Shown: in pieces, positions 1 through 9,706 of the stretch
How positions within the stretch are numbered: the stretch's first letter is position 1
Layout: every line of letters begins with the position of its first letter
NCBI GenBank assembly: GCA_049600015.1
Contig: JBMYPE010000001.1
Location: forward strand, 1 to 30,260
DNA from: Kangiellaceae bacterium
Lineage (GTDB): Bacteria; Pseudomonadota; Gammaproteobacteria; Enterobacterales; Kangiellaceae
Length of the DNA: 30,260 bases
Direction of reading: 5' to 3'
The notes under the pieces: model-generated
Told to the model about the DNA's origin: nothing
The model's database searches: none
What the model saw: the letters and a program-made list of their open reading frames with translations, nothing else
Made by a program: the position numbers and the translations under genes

Positions 1-1678
1 TTTTGACGCTTGTAATTCTTGGTGCAAATTGAGAAATATCGCTATTTGGTGTCGCAATCGCTTCGTTCATAGTTTTAAGAATGTGTAGTCGACCACCTTT
101 AGCTTGGTGAAGGGCTTTTTCCATAATCTCTTGGTTAATACCTTCAATTTTTATGTCCATTTGTAAAGCGGTAATACCTGCATCAGTACCTGCTACTTTA
201 AAGTCCATATCGCCTAAGTGATCTTCATCACCCAAGATATCAGAAAGAACAACATATTTGTCGCCCTCCTTAACTAGTCCCATCGCGATGCCTGCTACCG
301 GCGCTTTTGTTGGAACACCAGCATCCATTAACGCTAAACTTGTTCCACAAACAGAAGCCATAGAACTTGAACCATTTGATTCAGTGATCTCAGAAACAAC
401 ACGAATTGTATATGGGAAAGCTTCTTGAGTTGGAATAACTGCTTGCATACCACGCTTAGCTAGTTTTCCGTGACCAATTTCACGACGCTTTGGCGCGCCC
501 ATAAAACCAGCTTCACCCACACAATATGGAGGGAAGTTATAGTGAAGCATAAAGCTTTCTTTTGACTCGCCAAACAAACCATCTACAATTTGACCGTCTC
601 GCTCTGTTCCAAGTGTAGCAACTACTAATGCTTGAGTTTCACCACGAGTAAATAATGCACTTCCGTGAGTTCTCGGTAATACACCAGTACGAATGTAAAG
701 CGCTCGTACCATGTCATTTTCACGACCATCGATACGATTTTCACCAGCGATGATTCTTGAACGAACCACTGATTTTTCAGTTTTAGAGAAAGCACCTTTT
801 ACATCATCTTTAGAAGGTGAGTCTTCAGCTTCCGTCACTAAAGAGGCGACCGTTGCATCTTTTATCTCTGCTAATTTTTCTTGACGAGCCATTTTATCAG
901 CTATTGCATAAGCTTCTGTGATTCCAGCTTTTGCCGCGTCTTCAACTTGAGCAATAACAGCAGTATTTTCTTCTGGAGCTTGCCAGTCCCACTTAGGCGT
1001 ATTGACTTCTGCGGCAAATTCATTGATAGCTTTGATGACAACTTGCATTTCGTTAAAACCAAACATCACCGCACCAAGCATGATTGACTCAGATAGTTCT
1101 TTTGCTTCTGATTCAACCATTAATACGGCATTTTCTGTGCCCGCAACAGCAAGATCTAATTCAGATTCGGCCATTTCATCTATGCTAGCGTTAAGCAGAT
1201 ACTCACCATTTTTATAACCAACTCTTGCAGCGCCAACTGGGCCATTAAATGGTAATCCAGAAACTGATAGTGAAGCCGAAGCACCAATTAAAGCAACCAT
1301 TTGCGGGTCGACTTGAGGGTTGATAGAAATAACTGTACAGATAATTTGCACTTCATTCATAAATCCTTTGGGGAAAAGTGGACGAAGTGGGCGGTCGATT
1401 AGTCGCGCAGTTAAAGTTTCGCCATCTGAAGGACGGTTTTCACGCTTTATAAAGCCGCTAGGTATTTTACCTGCTGCATATCGTTTTTCTTGGTAGTTGA
1501 CTGTTAATGGAAAGAAATTTTGACCTTCTTTCTGCTCTTTTTTACCAACGGTAGATACTAAAATCGTTGTACCTTCTACGTCGATAATAACGCATCCTGA
1601 TGATTGACGAGCAATTTCGCCTGTTTCTAAAGTGACTGTGCGGTTTCCATATTGGAAGGATTTTTTTATAGGATTCAT
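1..1678 (-). CDS. pnp: Polynucleotide phosphorylase (PNPase); 5' ~559 codons, 3' end runs off the window (absent from the ORF track)
   Basis: Manual translation from ATG at 1678: [28 protein letters not shown], then [72 protein letters not shown] just upstream. Follows rpsO as in the conserved rpsO-pnp order. Confidence 0.98.
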   Translation of the reverse strand, partial: MNPIKKSFQYGNRTVTLETGEIARQSSGCVIIDVEGTTILVSTVGKKEQKEGQNFFPLTVNYQEKRYAAGKIPSGFIKRENRPSDGETLTARLIDRPLRPLFPKGFMNEVQIICTVISINPQVDPQMVALIGASASLSVSGLPFNGPVGAARVGYKNGEYLLNASIDEMAESELDLAVAGTENAVLMVESEAKELSESIMLGAVMFGFNEMQVVIKAINEFAAEVNTPKWDWQAPEENTAVIAQVEDAAKAGITEAYAIADKMARQEKLAEIKDATVASLVTEAEDSPSKDDVKGAFSKTEKSVVRSRIIAGENRIDGRENDMVRALYIRTGVLPRTHGSALFTRGETQALVVATLGTERDGQIVDGLFGESKESFMLHYNFPPYCVGEAGFMGAPKRREIGHGKLAKRGMQAVIPTQEAFPYTIRVVSEITESNGSSSMASVCGTSLALMDAGVPTKAPVAGIAMGLVKEGDKYVVLSDILGDEDHLGDMDFKVAGTDAGITALQMDIKIEGINQEIMEKALHQAKGGRLHILKTMNEAIATPNSDISQFAPRITSVK

Positions 1679-1758
1679 TAATTTTCCTTTTAGTTTAATA
1701 CTAGACAACTTGGTATTAGTTTAAATCTAGTTTTGAGTTAACCCTAGCCTATTCAGTT

Positions 1759-1847
1759 GATGTCTTAGCTGTTCTATTTGTGACTAATAATCTAATTTTA
1801 AATAATTAATCAGAACAAAACCTCAATAGAATAACCTAGGATGACAA
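1759..1847 (-). promoter_or_regulatory. Possible long imperfect stem in the pnp leader (RNase III-type processing site)
   Basis: On the minus strand GUCAUCCUAGGUUAUUCUAUU can pair imperfectly with AAUAGAACAGCUAAGACAUC. The position matches the RNase III-processed pnp leader known in enterobacteria. Pairing judged by eye only. Confidence 0.3.
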
Positions 1848-1913
1848 GTTTTTAGCTCTCTCAATTGTTCAAAGAAAGCTCAGGAGAGGATCAAAGTCTC
1901 CATCTCCAAAAGC

Positions 1914-1940
1914 AAAAAAAGGAGCCTTAGGCTCCTTTTT
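1914..1940 (-). terminator. Intrinsic terminator after rpsO (potentially bidirectional)
   Basis: A7-GGAGCC-tta-GGCTCC-T5: perfect 6-bp GC stem with U-tracts possible on both strands, 10 nt past the rpsO stop. Confidence 0.9.
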
Positions 1941-1950
1941 AAAAACTCTT

Positions 1951-2220
1951 TTATCGACGTAGACCTAATTGACCGATAAGAGCTGTGTATCTGTCCACAT
2001 TCTTACCTTTTAGGTAATCTAACAATTTACGACGTTGAGCAACCATTCTTAATAAACCACGACGAGAGTGATGGTCGTGAATGTGCTCTTTGAAATGACC
2101 TTGTAAGTGATTGATTTGATGACTTAAAAGAGCTACCTGTACTTCAGGAGACCCTGTATCGCCTTCACTTTGACCATATTCGCTAACAATTTTTGCTTTT
2201 GCTTCTGCACTTAGTGACAT
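1951..2220 (-). CDS. rpsO: 30S ribosomal protein S15
   Basis: 89 aa with [42 protein letters not shown] and C-terminal LGLRR. Confidence 0.99.
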   Translation of the reverse strand: MSLSAEAKAKIVSEYGQSEGDTGSPEVQVALLSHQINHLQGHFKEHIHDHHSRRGLLRMVAQRRKLLDYLKGKNVDRYTALIGQLGLRR

Positions 2221-2279
2221 TTAATACTCCAAATATTTATAAATAAGATAAATATAGCCAATCACTAATTCAGCTATAT
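2211..2279 (-). promoter_or_regulatory. S15 autoregulatory leader (hairpin/pseudoknot, gammaproteobacterial type)
   Basis: Minus strand: stem AUAUAGC/GCUAUAU enclosing UGAAUUAGUGAUUG. Loop UUAGUGA is complementary to UCACUAA right after the AUG. Same architecture as the E. coli rpsO leader (GCUGAAUUAGAGAUCGGC ... AUGUCUCUAA). Confidence 0.85.
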
Positions 2280-2337
2280 CAAGATTGCCGTACCACCATA
2301 CTAAATCTCCTAATTTTGATTCACTATGGGCTACAAC

Positions 2338-2373
2338 GGGCGCGATTTTACAGTAGCATCAATGGCTTAGCAA
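2338..2373 (-). promoter_or_regulatory. sigma70 promoter of rpsO with GC-rich discriminator
   Basis: Minus strand TTGCTA-17nt-TAAAAT followed by CGCGCCC, typical of stringently controlled ribosomal-protein promoters. Confidence 0.75.
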
Positions 2374-2401
2374 GCATCTAGCGTAGAAAATGAGGGTAAA
2401 A

Positions 2402-5095
2402 TTAGAAATTCATATTAACTTGTAAATAAAGCTCTCTACCAAGCGGGTTGTAGTAGCTTCCAGCATTAGAATACCAAGGCCAGTTGTTTTGTGTCGGGTC
2501 TTCTGGAGGCCTTTTGTTTAGTAGGTTATTGACACCAATACTGAGTTGCGTGAACTCAGAATAGTGATATCTAAAATTGGCATCAAGAGTGATCCACGCG
2601 TCAATATAATCTTCTGATGCACAAAGATTACAAAACTGACCACCAACTTTATCAATATAATTTAATTTGGCAGTCGCGCCTTTATTTTCACTCTGCCAAT
2701 CTAACATTAGATTTGTTCTGTATTCTGGATAAAGCCCCAGTCCGATGTTCTCGACCTTGTCGATATCTTCTATCGCTTGAAAATAAAAAGATTGGATCCA
2801 AGTGGTTGCTATGCTCGCTTTCCAATCTCCCAGTGAATTAAACCACTTATAATCCGCGGTTAAATCAATACCTCGCGTTTGCTGTTTTGCAAAGTTAATA
2901 GGAAAAGTAACTATGTATGCATCTGCTCCATTCAAAGATCCCGTTGAATCTCTTTGAATAAAATCACACAACAATTCAAACTCTGAACATGCGTTAACAA
3001 TAAATTGAGCGCTTGGTTCAGCCACTATTTCTTCCAATGCAATATCAAAAATATCCATGTTCAGGTTAAGTTGATCATTGACAGACCAAGAAATACCTAA
3101 GTTGTAGTTAACACCTCTTTCTTCGCTCAAATCAATGTTGGAGCCCGAAAAAGTTTGAACCGACTGAATAACCTCTCCTGGTTCGCTCGGTGAGTCAGGA
3201 TCGATAATATCTGTAAAACTGCTTGTAAACCCACCAAATAACTTTTGCATATCTGGCGCTCTAAAACTCTTCCCCCATGATAAACGAGTCAGTAGACTTT
3301 CATTCACTTGATAAGCCAAAGCAACTCTTGGGCTAAATGCATTGCCAACTGCTGACTTGTCACGGTAATCATCCCAACGCAAAGCAATATCCATTTCCAA
3401 TGTTTTGGAAAAAGGAAAACTTAATTCGCCACCAACTCCAAGATGCTTTCGAGTGCCGTCTCCAGAGGTTGAGCCATCAAAGGCATCACCACTATCAACA
3501 AAAGAATCAGGTCGATCAAAATAGTTTTCACTGACTCGTTCAAACGCCAGGGCAAATTGAATGGGGCCTCCATCAAGTGAAAAATCTAAATCACCAGATA
3601 GTGAAAAGTCGATCAATTTATTAATCGATTCAGCTTTTTTGTTAGCAACAAAACCAAGTTGTTCAACAGTATTTTGAGGAATTGGTTGAAACAAATCTAA
3701 CCCGTTTTCAACAGCTGCGTTCAGGCCACTGAGCAAAATGTTATTACTCTCTATATCTAAACGAGTTTTGTTATAAGCTACCCCTAACTCCCAATCATAT
3801 TGACCACCATATAATTCGCCATTTAAGCCCGCCAAAAAATTGAGTGAGTTATTTTTTACATCGCTAACTCTTGGGCCAAACTCAATTAAACGGCGAATAA
3901 ATACGCCATCTTCTTGAGTTCCGCCAGTGGTGGGATTATTTTCGGCGCCAGCCAGCACTAGACCACCGTTATTTGGCACCAAACTACCAAAACCTGTTAA
4001 AAGACCAGCGCCATAAAAATTAGGTTCTGTTTGAGATTTGGTGTTTGAACTGGTCATTCCTACTCGGCTAAAAAAGGAAACATCTTCATTGACTTTATAA
4101 TTCACCCTCGCCATAACTGAAAATCGTTCTTGCGGTGCTATTAACTGTCTGTGCTGAGAACGGTCAAATCCGCACCAAACATCATCAACTGTATAAACCG
4201 GTCGAGCGACATTCGCAATCCCTTCGCCATTTAATGCACCATTTTCAGTACCGCAGTTAGGGTCTTGAATGATTAAGTCTGAATCCAAACTCAGAAATGA
4301 TGCTCCACCAAAACTATAACTACCTCGAGGGTTAGAAACGTCAGATGCTGCGTAATTTCGATCGCGTGCCCAAAGCGCTTCTTGATTCCAATAATCAATA
4401 ATAACATCTAGCTGAGTGTCGCCATTTCTCGCCCCAGTTAACAGATTAAAGCGCTGAGTTTCGTATCCACCGTCAGAAGTAGTGGATGTTCTAAAGCTAG
4501 TTGAAATGCCTTCGATATCTTTTCGAGTTATAATATTGATAACACCAGCAACCGCGTCACTACCATAAATAGCCGATGCGCCATCAGTTAGTACATCAAT
4601 TCGTTCAACAAATGCCATTGGGATGGATGACAGATCAACAAAATTAGTTGTCCCACTAATTCCGATGGGGTAAATCGGTAAACGTCGACCATCGATCAAA
4701 GTTAAGGTTTGACCAAAACCAACACCTCTTAGATTAACTGCCGAAGCACCCGGCGTAAATCCAAAAGTGAAAGAGTTATCAATTGTACCTCCTGAATTTT
4801 GAGTAAGATTAGAAATAACATCTTTAACATTGGCATAGCCTTGTTTATCAATTTCTTCTCTAGAAATAGAGATTAACGGTGAAAGGCTATTGATATCGAT
4901 TTGTTTTATACGTGTTCCAGTGACAATAATTTTGCGTTTGTCACTTTTTATGTCGTCCGCTTTATCTAAAATTTGAGATGAACTAGCTACCGCACCTGAA
5001 ATCTCTGAAGTTTGTTCCGCATGGGCACTCACACTAAACAAACATACAAAAATAAAGCGACTAATAAATGCTTTTTTACTAATTAAGTAATTCAT
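2402..5095 (-). CDS. TonB-dependent outer-membrane receptor, substrate unknown
   Basis: Signal peptide ending in SAHA, TonB box IIVTGTRI, plug motifs VNLRG, TLTLIDGRR and RIDVLTDGASAIYGSDAVAGVINIITRK, SWGKSFRAP, GVNNLLNKRPP, and C-terminal Phe (QVNMNF). Confidence 0.95.
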   Translation of the reverse strand: MNYLISKKAFISRFIFVCLFSVSAHAEQTSEISGAVASSSQILDKADDIKSDKRKIIVTGTRIKQIDINSLSPLISISREEIDKQGYANVKDVISNLTQNSGGTIDNSFTFGFTPGASAVNLRGVGFGQTLTLIDGRRLPIYPIGISGTTNFVDLSSIPMAFVERIDVLTDGASAIYGSDAVAGVINIITRKDIEGISTSFRTSTTSDGGYETQRFNLLTGARNGDTQLDVIIDYWNQEALWARDRNYAASDVSNPRGSYSFGGASFLSLDSDLIIQDPNCGTENGALNGEGIANVARPVYTVDDVWCGFDRSQHRQLIAPQERFSVMARVNYKVNEDVSFFSRVGMTSSNTKSQTEPNFYGAGLLTGFGSLVPNNGGLVLAGAENNPTTGGTQEDGVFIRRLIEFGPRVSDVKNNSLNFLAGLNGELYGGQYDWELGVAYNKTRLDIESNNILLSGLNAAVENGLDLFQPIPQNTVEQLGFVANKKAESINKLIDFSLSGDLDFSLDGGPIQFALAFERVSENYFDRPDSFVDSGDAFDGSTSGDGTRKHLGVGGELSFPFSKTLEMDIALRWDDYRDKSAVGNAFSPRVALAYQVNESLLTRLSWGKSFRAPDMQKLFGGFTSSFTDIIDPDSPSEPGEVIQSVQTFSGSNIDLSEERGVNYNLGISWSVNDQLNLNMDIFDIALEEIVAEPSAQFIVNACSEFELLCDFIQRDSTGSLNGADAYIVTFPINFAKQQTRGIDLTADYKWFNSLGDWKASIATTWIQSFYFQAIEDIDKVENIGLGLYPEYRTNLMLDWQSENKGATAKLNYIDKVGGQFCNLCASEDYIDAWITLDANFRYHYSEFTQLSIGVNNLLNKRPPEDPTQNNWPWYSNAGSYYNPLGRELYLQVNMNF

Positions 5096-5360
5096 TCCTA
5101 CAACTCAATTTATCTATTGGCTTATTTTTATGGATTTTAGTTGGTAGCTAATTTTATTAGTTGCCTTCCAATGAAGTTAAAGAAGGTAACCTGAACTTTA
5201 ACTGGCTTATATTACAACAGTTTCCAATGCATTTGTAGAAAGCAATTTACTATTAATGAAGCTTTTATAAAGTATTATTAACAAAATCATTTATAAAACC
5301 ACTTAACAAGCTAAATTAATAGTTTTAATATATGACCAATCCTCTCTTTAAAGTAGACAC

Positions 5361-6281
5361 ATGACCTTAAACGAACTCAAATATGTAGCCGCAGTCGCGA
5401 GAACACAGCACTTTAGTCAAGCGGCGGAGCTATGTCATATTAGCCAACCAAGCCTAAGTATTGCAATCAAAAAACTGGAAGAAGAACTAGGCATAACCAT
5501 TTTTAGACGTGGCAAGAGAAAAGTAGATGTCACAAAAGAAGGGGAAGTCGTTGTAGAGCAATGTCAAAGAGTTTTAGAGGAAGTAGAAAAATTAAGTTAT
5601 TTAAAAAGCAAACGAAAAAGCCCGTTAGATGGTGTGATTCGATTAGGAGCCATTTTTACCATTGGCCCTTACCTCTTCCCGTCGTTAATACCCGAAATCA
5701 GCCAGCGATTCCCTAATATGCCTTTGCACATAGATGAGGATTACACCAATAATTTACGTAAAAAATTGCTTCAAGCGGAATTAGACATAGCCGTTTTAGC
5801 ACTTCCTTTTAGTGACCCTGCATTAGAGACACTAGAAATATACGATGAAGATTTCATTCCTGTTTTTTATGACGATCATCGCTTTGCATCTCAAAAAAAT
5901 ATTTATGTTAATGACATACGAGCTAACGAGCTTTTAATGTTAGGCTCTGGTAACTGTTTTCGCGATCAAGTGCTAGCAGCTTGCCCCAACTGTCATTCAC
6001 CAGAGGCAAAAAATGATAGCTGGGTTGTTGGTAGCTCCTTGGAAACCATAAGACATATGGTGGCAATGAAATTAGGAATCACTGTTATGCCTATCACAGC
6101 GTTAGCAAAACAAACTGATTACCCTGGATTAGATTCAAGACCCTTTGCTTCACCCGTACCTAAAAGACGAATTGTGCTTGCGTGGCGTGCAAGTTATCCC
6201 AGAAAAGAAGCCATACATGCTATTGCCAAAAGTATGCAAACAGCACTGAAGGGTCAGGTGGATTTATTATCTATAGAATAA
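5361..6281 (+). CDS. oxyR: Peroxide-sensing LysR-family regulator OxyR
   Basis: LysR HTH (HFSQAAELCHISQPSLSIAIKKLEEELG). Redox pair C199/C208 in GNCFRDQVLAAC falls at the canonical positions. Lies 26 nt upstream of recG, as in the Pseudomonas oxyR-recG operon. Confidence 0.93.
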   Translation: MTLNELKYVAAVARTQHFSQAAELCHISQPSLSIAIKKLEEELGITIFRRGKRKVDVTKEGEVVVEQCQRVLEEVEKLSYLKSKRKSPLDGVIRLGAIFTIGPYLFPSLIPEISQRFPNMPLHIDEDYTNNLRKKLLQAELDIAVLALPFSDPALETLEIYDEDFIPVFYDDHRFASQKNIYVNDIRANELLMLGSGNCFRDQVLAACPNCHSPEAKNDSWVVGSSLETIRHMVAMKLGITVMPITALAKQTDYPGLDSRPFASPVPKRRIVLAWRASYPRKEAIHAIAKSMQTALKGQVDLLSIE

Positions 6282-6307
6282 CCGACATAGGTAATCGTTA
6301 AATTTCC

Positions 6308-8392
6308 ATGAAACTCTCGCAAATTTCCGTAGAAACACTAAAAGGCGTCGGCGCAAAAGTTGCTGAAAAACTGAATAATCTTGGTATCAAATCTATTGAG
6401 GATTTGTTATTCCATTTACCAACCCGCTACCAAGATCGTAGTCGCATCCATCCTATAGCAAGTTTATTACACGGACAAACCGCTCAAGTGTTTGCGGAGA
6501 TAGAATGTGCGGATATCGCCTTTGGAAAAAAGCGGTCGTTAGTTTGTAAAGTGTCCGATGGAACGGGCACACTAGACATCCGCTTATTCTTCTTTTCAAT
6601 GGCGCAAAAGAAAGCCTTTGTACGCGGTGAGTATGTACAAATTTATGGGCAGGTTTCTCGTGCAGGTCGCGGGGTAAGTATGATCCACCCAGAAATTAAG
6701 TATCTTAAAAATCAATCCAACCCAGAGTTAGAAAATGGATTAAGAGCAGTTTACGCCACAACACAAGGACTACAACAGAAAACATTTCATTCGATCATGA
6801 AGCAGGCAGTTAGCTATTTAGATTCTGGTTACATTAAAGAATTATTGCCCGAAAAACTTTTGCAAAAACTTAATTTTCCTTCCCTTGCAAAAGCCTTAAG
6901 GTTGCTACACCAACCGCCGCTCAATATTTCATTAGAGGACATTCAATCGGGTGAGCACCCATTAATTCAGCGCTTAGCTTTTGAGGAGTTAATGGCGCAA
7001 CATTTATCGATGTTGCATTTAAAATTAGAAAGAAAAGCTTTAAAAAGTCACTCAATTTCTATTATTCCAAAAGCAATCGATCAATTTATTAAAAAGTTGC
7101 CCTTTGATTTAACAAAGGCTCAGAACCGAGTGATTAAGGAGATCCAAAATGATCTAATTAAAGCACACCCGATGACTAGGCTGGTGCAAGGTGACGTTGG
7201 CTGTGGAAAAACGCTAGTTGCCGCTTTATCAATGCTTCCGATTGCGCAACAAAAACTTCAATCAGTCATTATGGCTCCTACGGAAATTTTAGCAGAACAG
7301 CATGAGTTAAGTTTTAAGCAATGGTTCGAACCCCTCGGAATTAGAGTGGTTTTGTTAGTCAGTAAAATGAAAAGTAAAAAGCAAACCGAGACATTAGAGT
7401 TAATAAAAAAAGGAGAAGCTCAAATTATTGTTGGTACCCATGCTGTCTTTCAACAAAGAGTTTCATTCAAAGATTTAGCATTGGTTGTCATTGACGAGCA
7501 ACATCGATTTGGTGTCGAACAAAGAAAATCACTATTAGATAAAGCGCAAAACTCTTCGAGTCAGCTAACGCCTCATCAACTAGTGATGACCGCGACGCCA
7601 ATACCGCGCACTTTAGCACAAACCACTTATGCGGATTTAGATTTATCCATTATTGACGAACTGCCTCCCGGTAGAAAACCGATAGAGACATCGGTGATTA
7701 ACGATTTGGGTAGAGATAAAGTCGTAGAAAGAATTAGAAATGCTTGCATACAGGACAAAAGGCAAGTGTATTGGGTTTGTACTTTAATTGAAGAATCAGA
7801 AGAAATTCCCAGTCAAGCCGCTGAAGCCGCATTTGATTTACTAAAAGAACAGCTCACCGAATTAAAAATAGGGCTAGTTCATGGTCGATTAAAAGCGACA
7901 GAAAAACAGCATCAAATGAATGCCTTCAAATCCGGTGAACTGGATATATTAGTCGCCACGACCGTAATAGAAGTGGGTGTAGATGTACCCAATGCGAGTT
8001 TGATGATCATTGAAAATCCGGAACGGCTGGGTCTTTCTCAATTACATCAGTTACGCGGCCGTGTGGGAAGAGGCGAGAAAGAAAGTTTTTGTTTGTTAAT
8101 GTACCATGCGCCACTTTCTAAAAATGCCAAACAGCGGTTACAAGTTATGCGGGAAACTAATGATGGCTTTATTATCGCCGAAAAAGATTTGGAAATTAGA
8201 GGCGCTGGCGAAGTCTTGGGGACACGCCAAACGGGCGAAGTGTTGTTTAAGTTCGCTGATTTACTCCGAGATAGAAAACTCCTCCCGCAGGTTCAACAAA
8301 ACGTTGAATTGATTGCAAAAAACCACCCTGAAACCGCTTTAGAATTGCGAAAACGCTGGGTTAAATTTGGAGAGACACTCAGCCACGTCTAA
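6308..8392 (+). CDS. recG: ATP-dependent DNA helicase RecG
   Basis: LLFHLPTRYQDR, wedge domain, QGDVGCGKT, DEQHRFG, MTATPIPRTLA, QLHQLRGRVGRG, DLEIRGAGEVLGTRQTG. Confidence 0.98.
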   Translation: MKLSQISVETLKGVGAKVAEKLNNLGIKSIEDLLFHLPTRYQDRSRIHPIASLLHGQTAQVFAEIECADIAFGKKRSLVCKVSDGTGTLDIRLFFFSMAQKKAFVRGEYVQIYGQVSRAGRGVSMIHPEIKYLKNQSNPELENGLRAVYATTQGLQQKTFHSIMKQAVSYLDSGYIKELLPEKLLQKLNFPSLAKALRLLHQPPLNISLEDIQSGEHPLIQRLAFEELMAQHLSMLHLKLERKALKSHSISIIPKAIDQFIKKLPFDLTKAQNRVIKEIQNDLIKAHPMTRLVQGDVGCGKTLVAALSMLPIAQQKLQSVIMAPTEILAEQHELSFKQWFEPLGIRVVLLVSKMKSKKQTETLELIKKGEAQIIVGTHAVFQQRVSFKDLALVVIDEQHRFGVEQRKSLLDKAQNSSSQLTPHQLVMTATPIPRTLAQTTYADLDLSIIDELPPGRKPIETSVINDLGRDKVVERIRNACIQDKRQVYWVCTLIEESEEIPSQAAEAAFDLLKEQLTELKIGLVHGRLKATEKQHQMNAFKSGELDILVATTVIEVGVDVPNASLMIIENPERLGLSQLHQLRGRVGRGEKESFCLLMYHAPLSKNAKQRLQVMRETNDGFIIAEKDLEIRGAGEVLGTRQTGEVLFKFADLLRDRKLLPQVQQNVELIAKNHPETALELRKRWVKFGETLSHV

Positions 8393-8425
8393 ACTCCTAA
8401 ATCTCTTATATTATTCTAACTATTC

Positions 8426-8453
8426 TTGCGAACCGACATATCTAAACTATACT
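8426..8453 (+). promoter_or_regulatory. Candidate sigma70 promoter for the soluble chemoreceptor gene
   Basis: TTGCGA-16nt-TATACT. The -10 is one arm of a TATACT-ca-AGTATA palindrome (8448-8461). Confidence 0.35.
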
Positions 8454-8494
8454 CAAGTATACAGAACAAAATCGCTAAAATAGGCCGATAAAAC

Positions 8495-9643
8495 GTGTGG
8501 TGGAATAAAAAGGAAAATGCTTTAGAGTTGGAACTCAAAGCAGCTAAGCAAGAAATCGCCAAAATGAAGAGTGACCTGACGCTTTTTGAAAAGGTGAGGG
8601 AAGTATCCGGCTTGCAGCGAGATCACGCGATTGAGCAATATAAAGAACAATCCAACTTATATGAATTATGGGTTGATGGCGCGCTTACCATTGAAACCAT
8701 TAAAGATGCAGTGGCAGACTCTTTTGCTCAATTAAAAAATGAAAAAGATCAACTAATTGATTCCATCAGCTCATTTGATCAAATTCATGTATTGATATCT
8801 TCTATTGCCAGTAGCTTAGCAACTATAAAATCCCAAAATAATGAGGCAGCTAGTTCTGTTGACACATTAAGTGAGCAAGGACTTGCCATTGAACAATTTG
8901 TCACACAAATTCAAAATATTTCTGATCAAACCAATCTGCTTGCTCTTAACGCGGCAATTGAGGCAGCAAGAGCGGGTGATCAAGGCAGAGGGTTTGCGGT
9001 AGTAGCTGATGAAGTAAGAACGCTTGCGCAAAAATCAGCTGTCGCATCACAAGAAATAACAGCCATTGTTTCATCAATCACAGAGCAAACTAGCCATACT
9101 CAAAAACAAATTAGAGATTCTGAAAACTCTGCAAATAACCTGTTTGACCAAACCCACAACGTGCAAACCATCATCAATGATATCACTGAAGTTTCCAAAT
9201 CAATGTTTACTGTGATCAATCACTCGACCAATTCATCTTTTATACAGACTGTTAAACTCGATCATGTCACATGGAAAGCAGAAATATATAGAGCGGTTTG
9301 GGGTTTATCTGATAAAAAAGCCAGTGATTTTGCCGATCATCATTCTTGTAGACTTGGACAATGGTATTTTCAAGGCGATGGAAAAAAATATAAGCACCTC
9401 GATACCTTTCAACGACTAAACAAACCTCATAAAGAAGTCCACGATGGTGGCTTTGAAGCGTTGAGTAGCAATGAGCAAGGTGATAAAGATGGCGTTAAAA
9501 ACGGTTTAATGAAAATGGAAAAAGCCAGCAAACTAGTCATTGATATGCTGGCGGAGCTAGAAACAAAACTACCCTCTGACGTACCTGATTTAATCAACGA
9601 ATCGAGTACATCTCGTGATGCGGGATCTGCCGAGTTGTTTTAA
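8495..9643 (+). CDS. Soluble methyl-accepting chemotaxis protein with C-terminal CZB (zinc-binding) domain, McpA/CttP-like
   Basis: GTG start and no TM segment. Signalling hairpin [37 protein letters not shown] 3His-1Cys motifs [16 protein letters not shown] and PHKEVH. C-terminal tail SAELF. Confidence 0.88.
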   Translation: MWWNKKENALELELKAAKQEIAKMKSDLTLFEKVREVSGLQRDHAIEQYKEQSNLYELWVDGALTIETIKDAVADSFAQLKNEKDQLIDSISSFDQIHVLISSIASSLATIKSQNNEAASSVDTLSEQGLAIEQFVTQIQNISDQTNLLALNAAIEAARAGDQGRGFAVVADEVRTLAQKSAVASQEITAIVSSITEQTSHTQKQIRDSENSANNLFDQTHNVQTIINDITEVSKSMFTVINHSTNSSFIQTVKLDHVTWKAEIYRAVWGLSDKKASDFADHHSCRLGQWYFQGDGKKYKHLDTFQRLNKPHKEVHDGGFEALSSNEQGDKDGVKNGLMKMEKASKLVIDMLAELETKLPSDVPDLINESSTSRDAGSAELF

Positions 9644-9706
9644 ATCGTTAACGCTTCAAAAGTGCGTGATTAATCACTAACTTATCCCATGTTATCACGC
9701 CACCTT

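Noticed and set aside
881-1217. Plus-strand ORFs of 68 and 71 aa
   Set aside because: Antisense shadows of pnp, with no motifs or RBS.
2617-3534. Plus-strand ORFs of 74 and 65 aa inside the TBDR
   Set aside because: Antisense to a well-supported gene, with non-protein-like composition.
8484-8491. Perfect sigma28 -10 element GCCGATAA upstream of the soluble chemoreceptor
   Set aside because: Only 3 nt before the GTG start, and the position 15 nt upstream reads AACA rather than TAAA.
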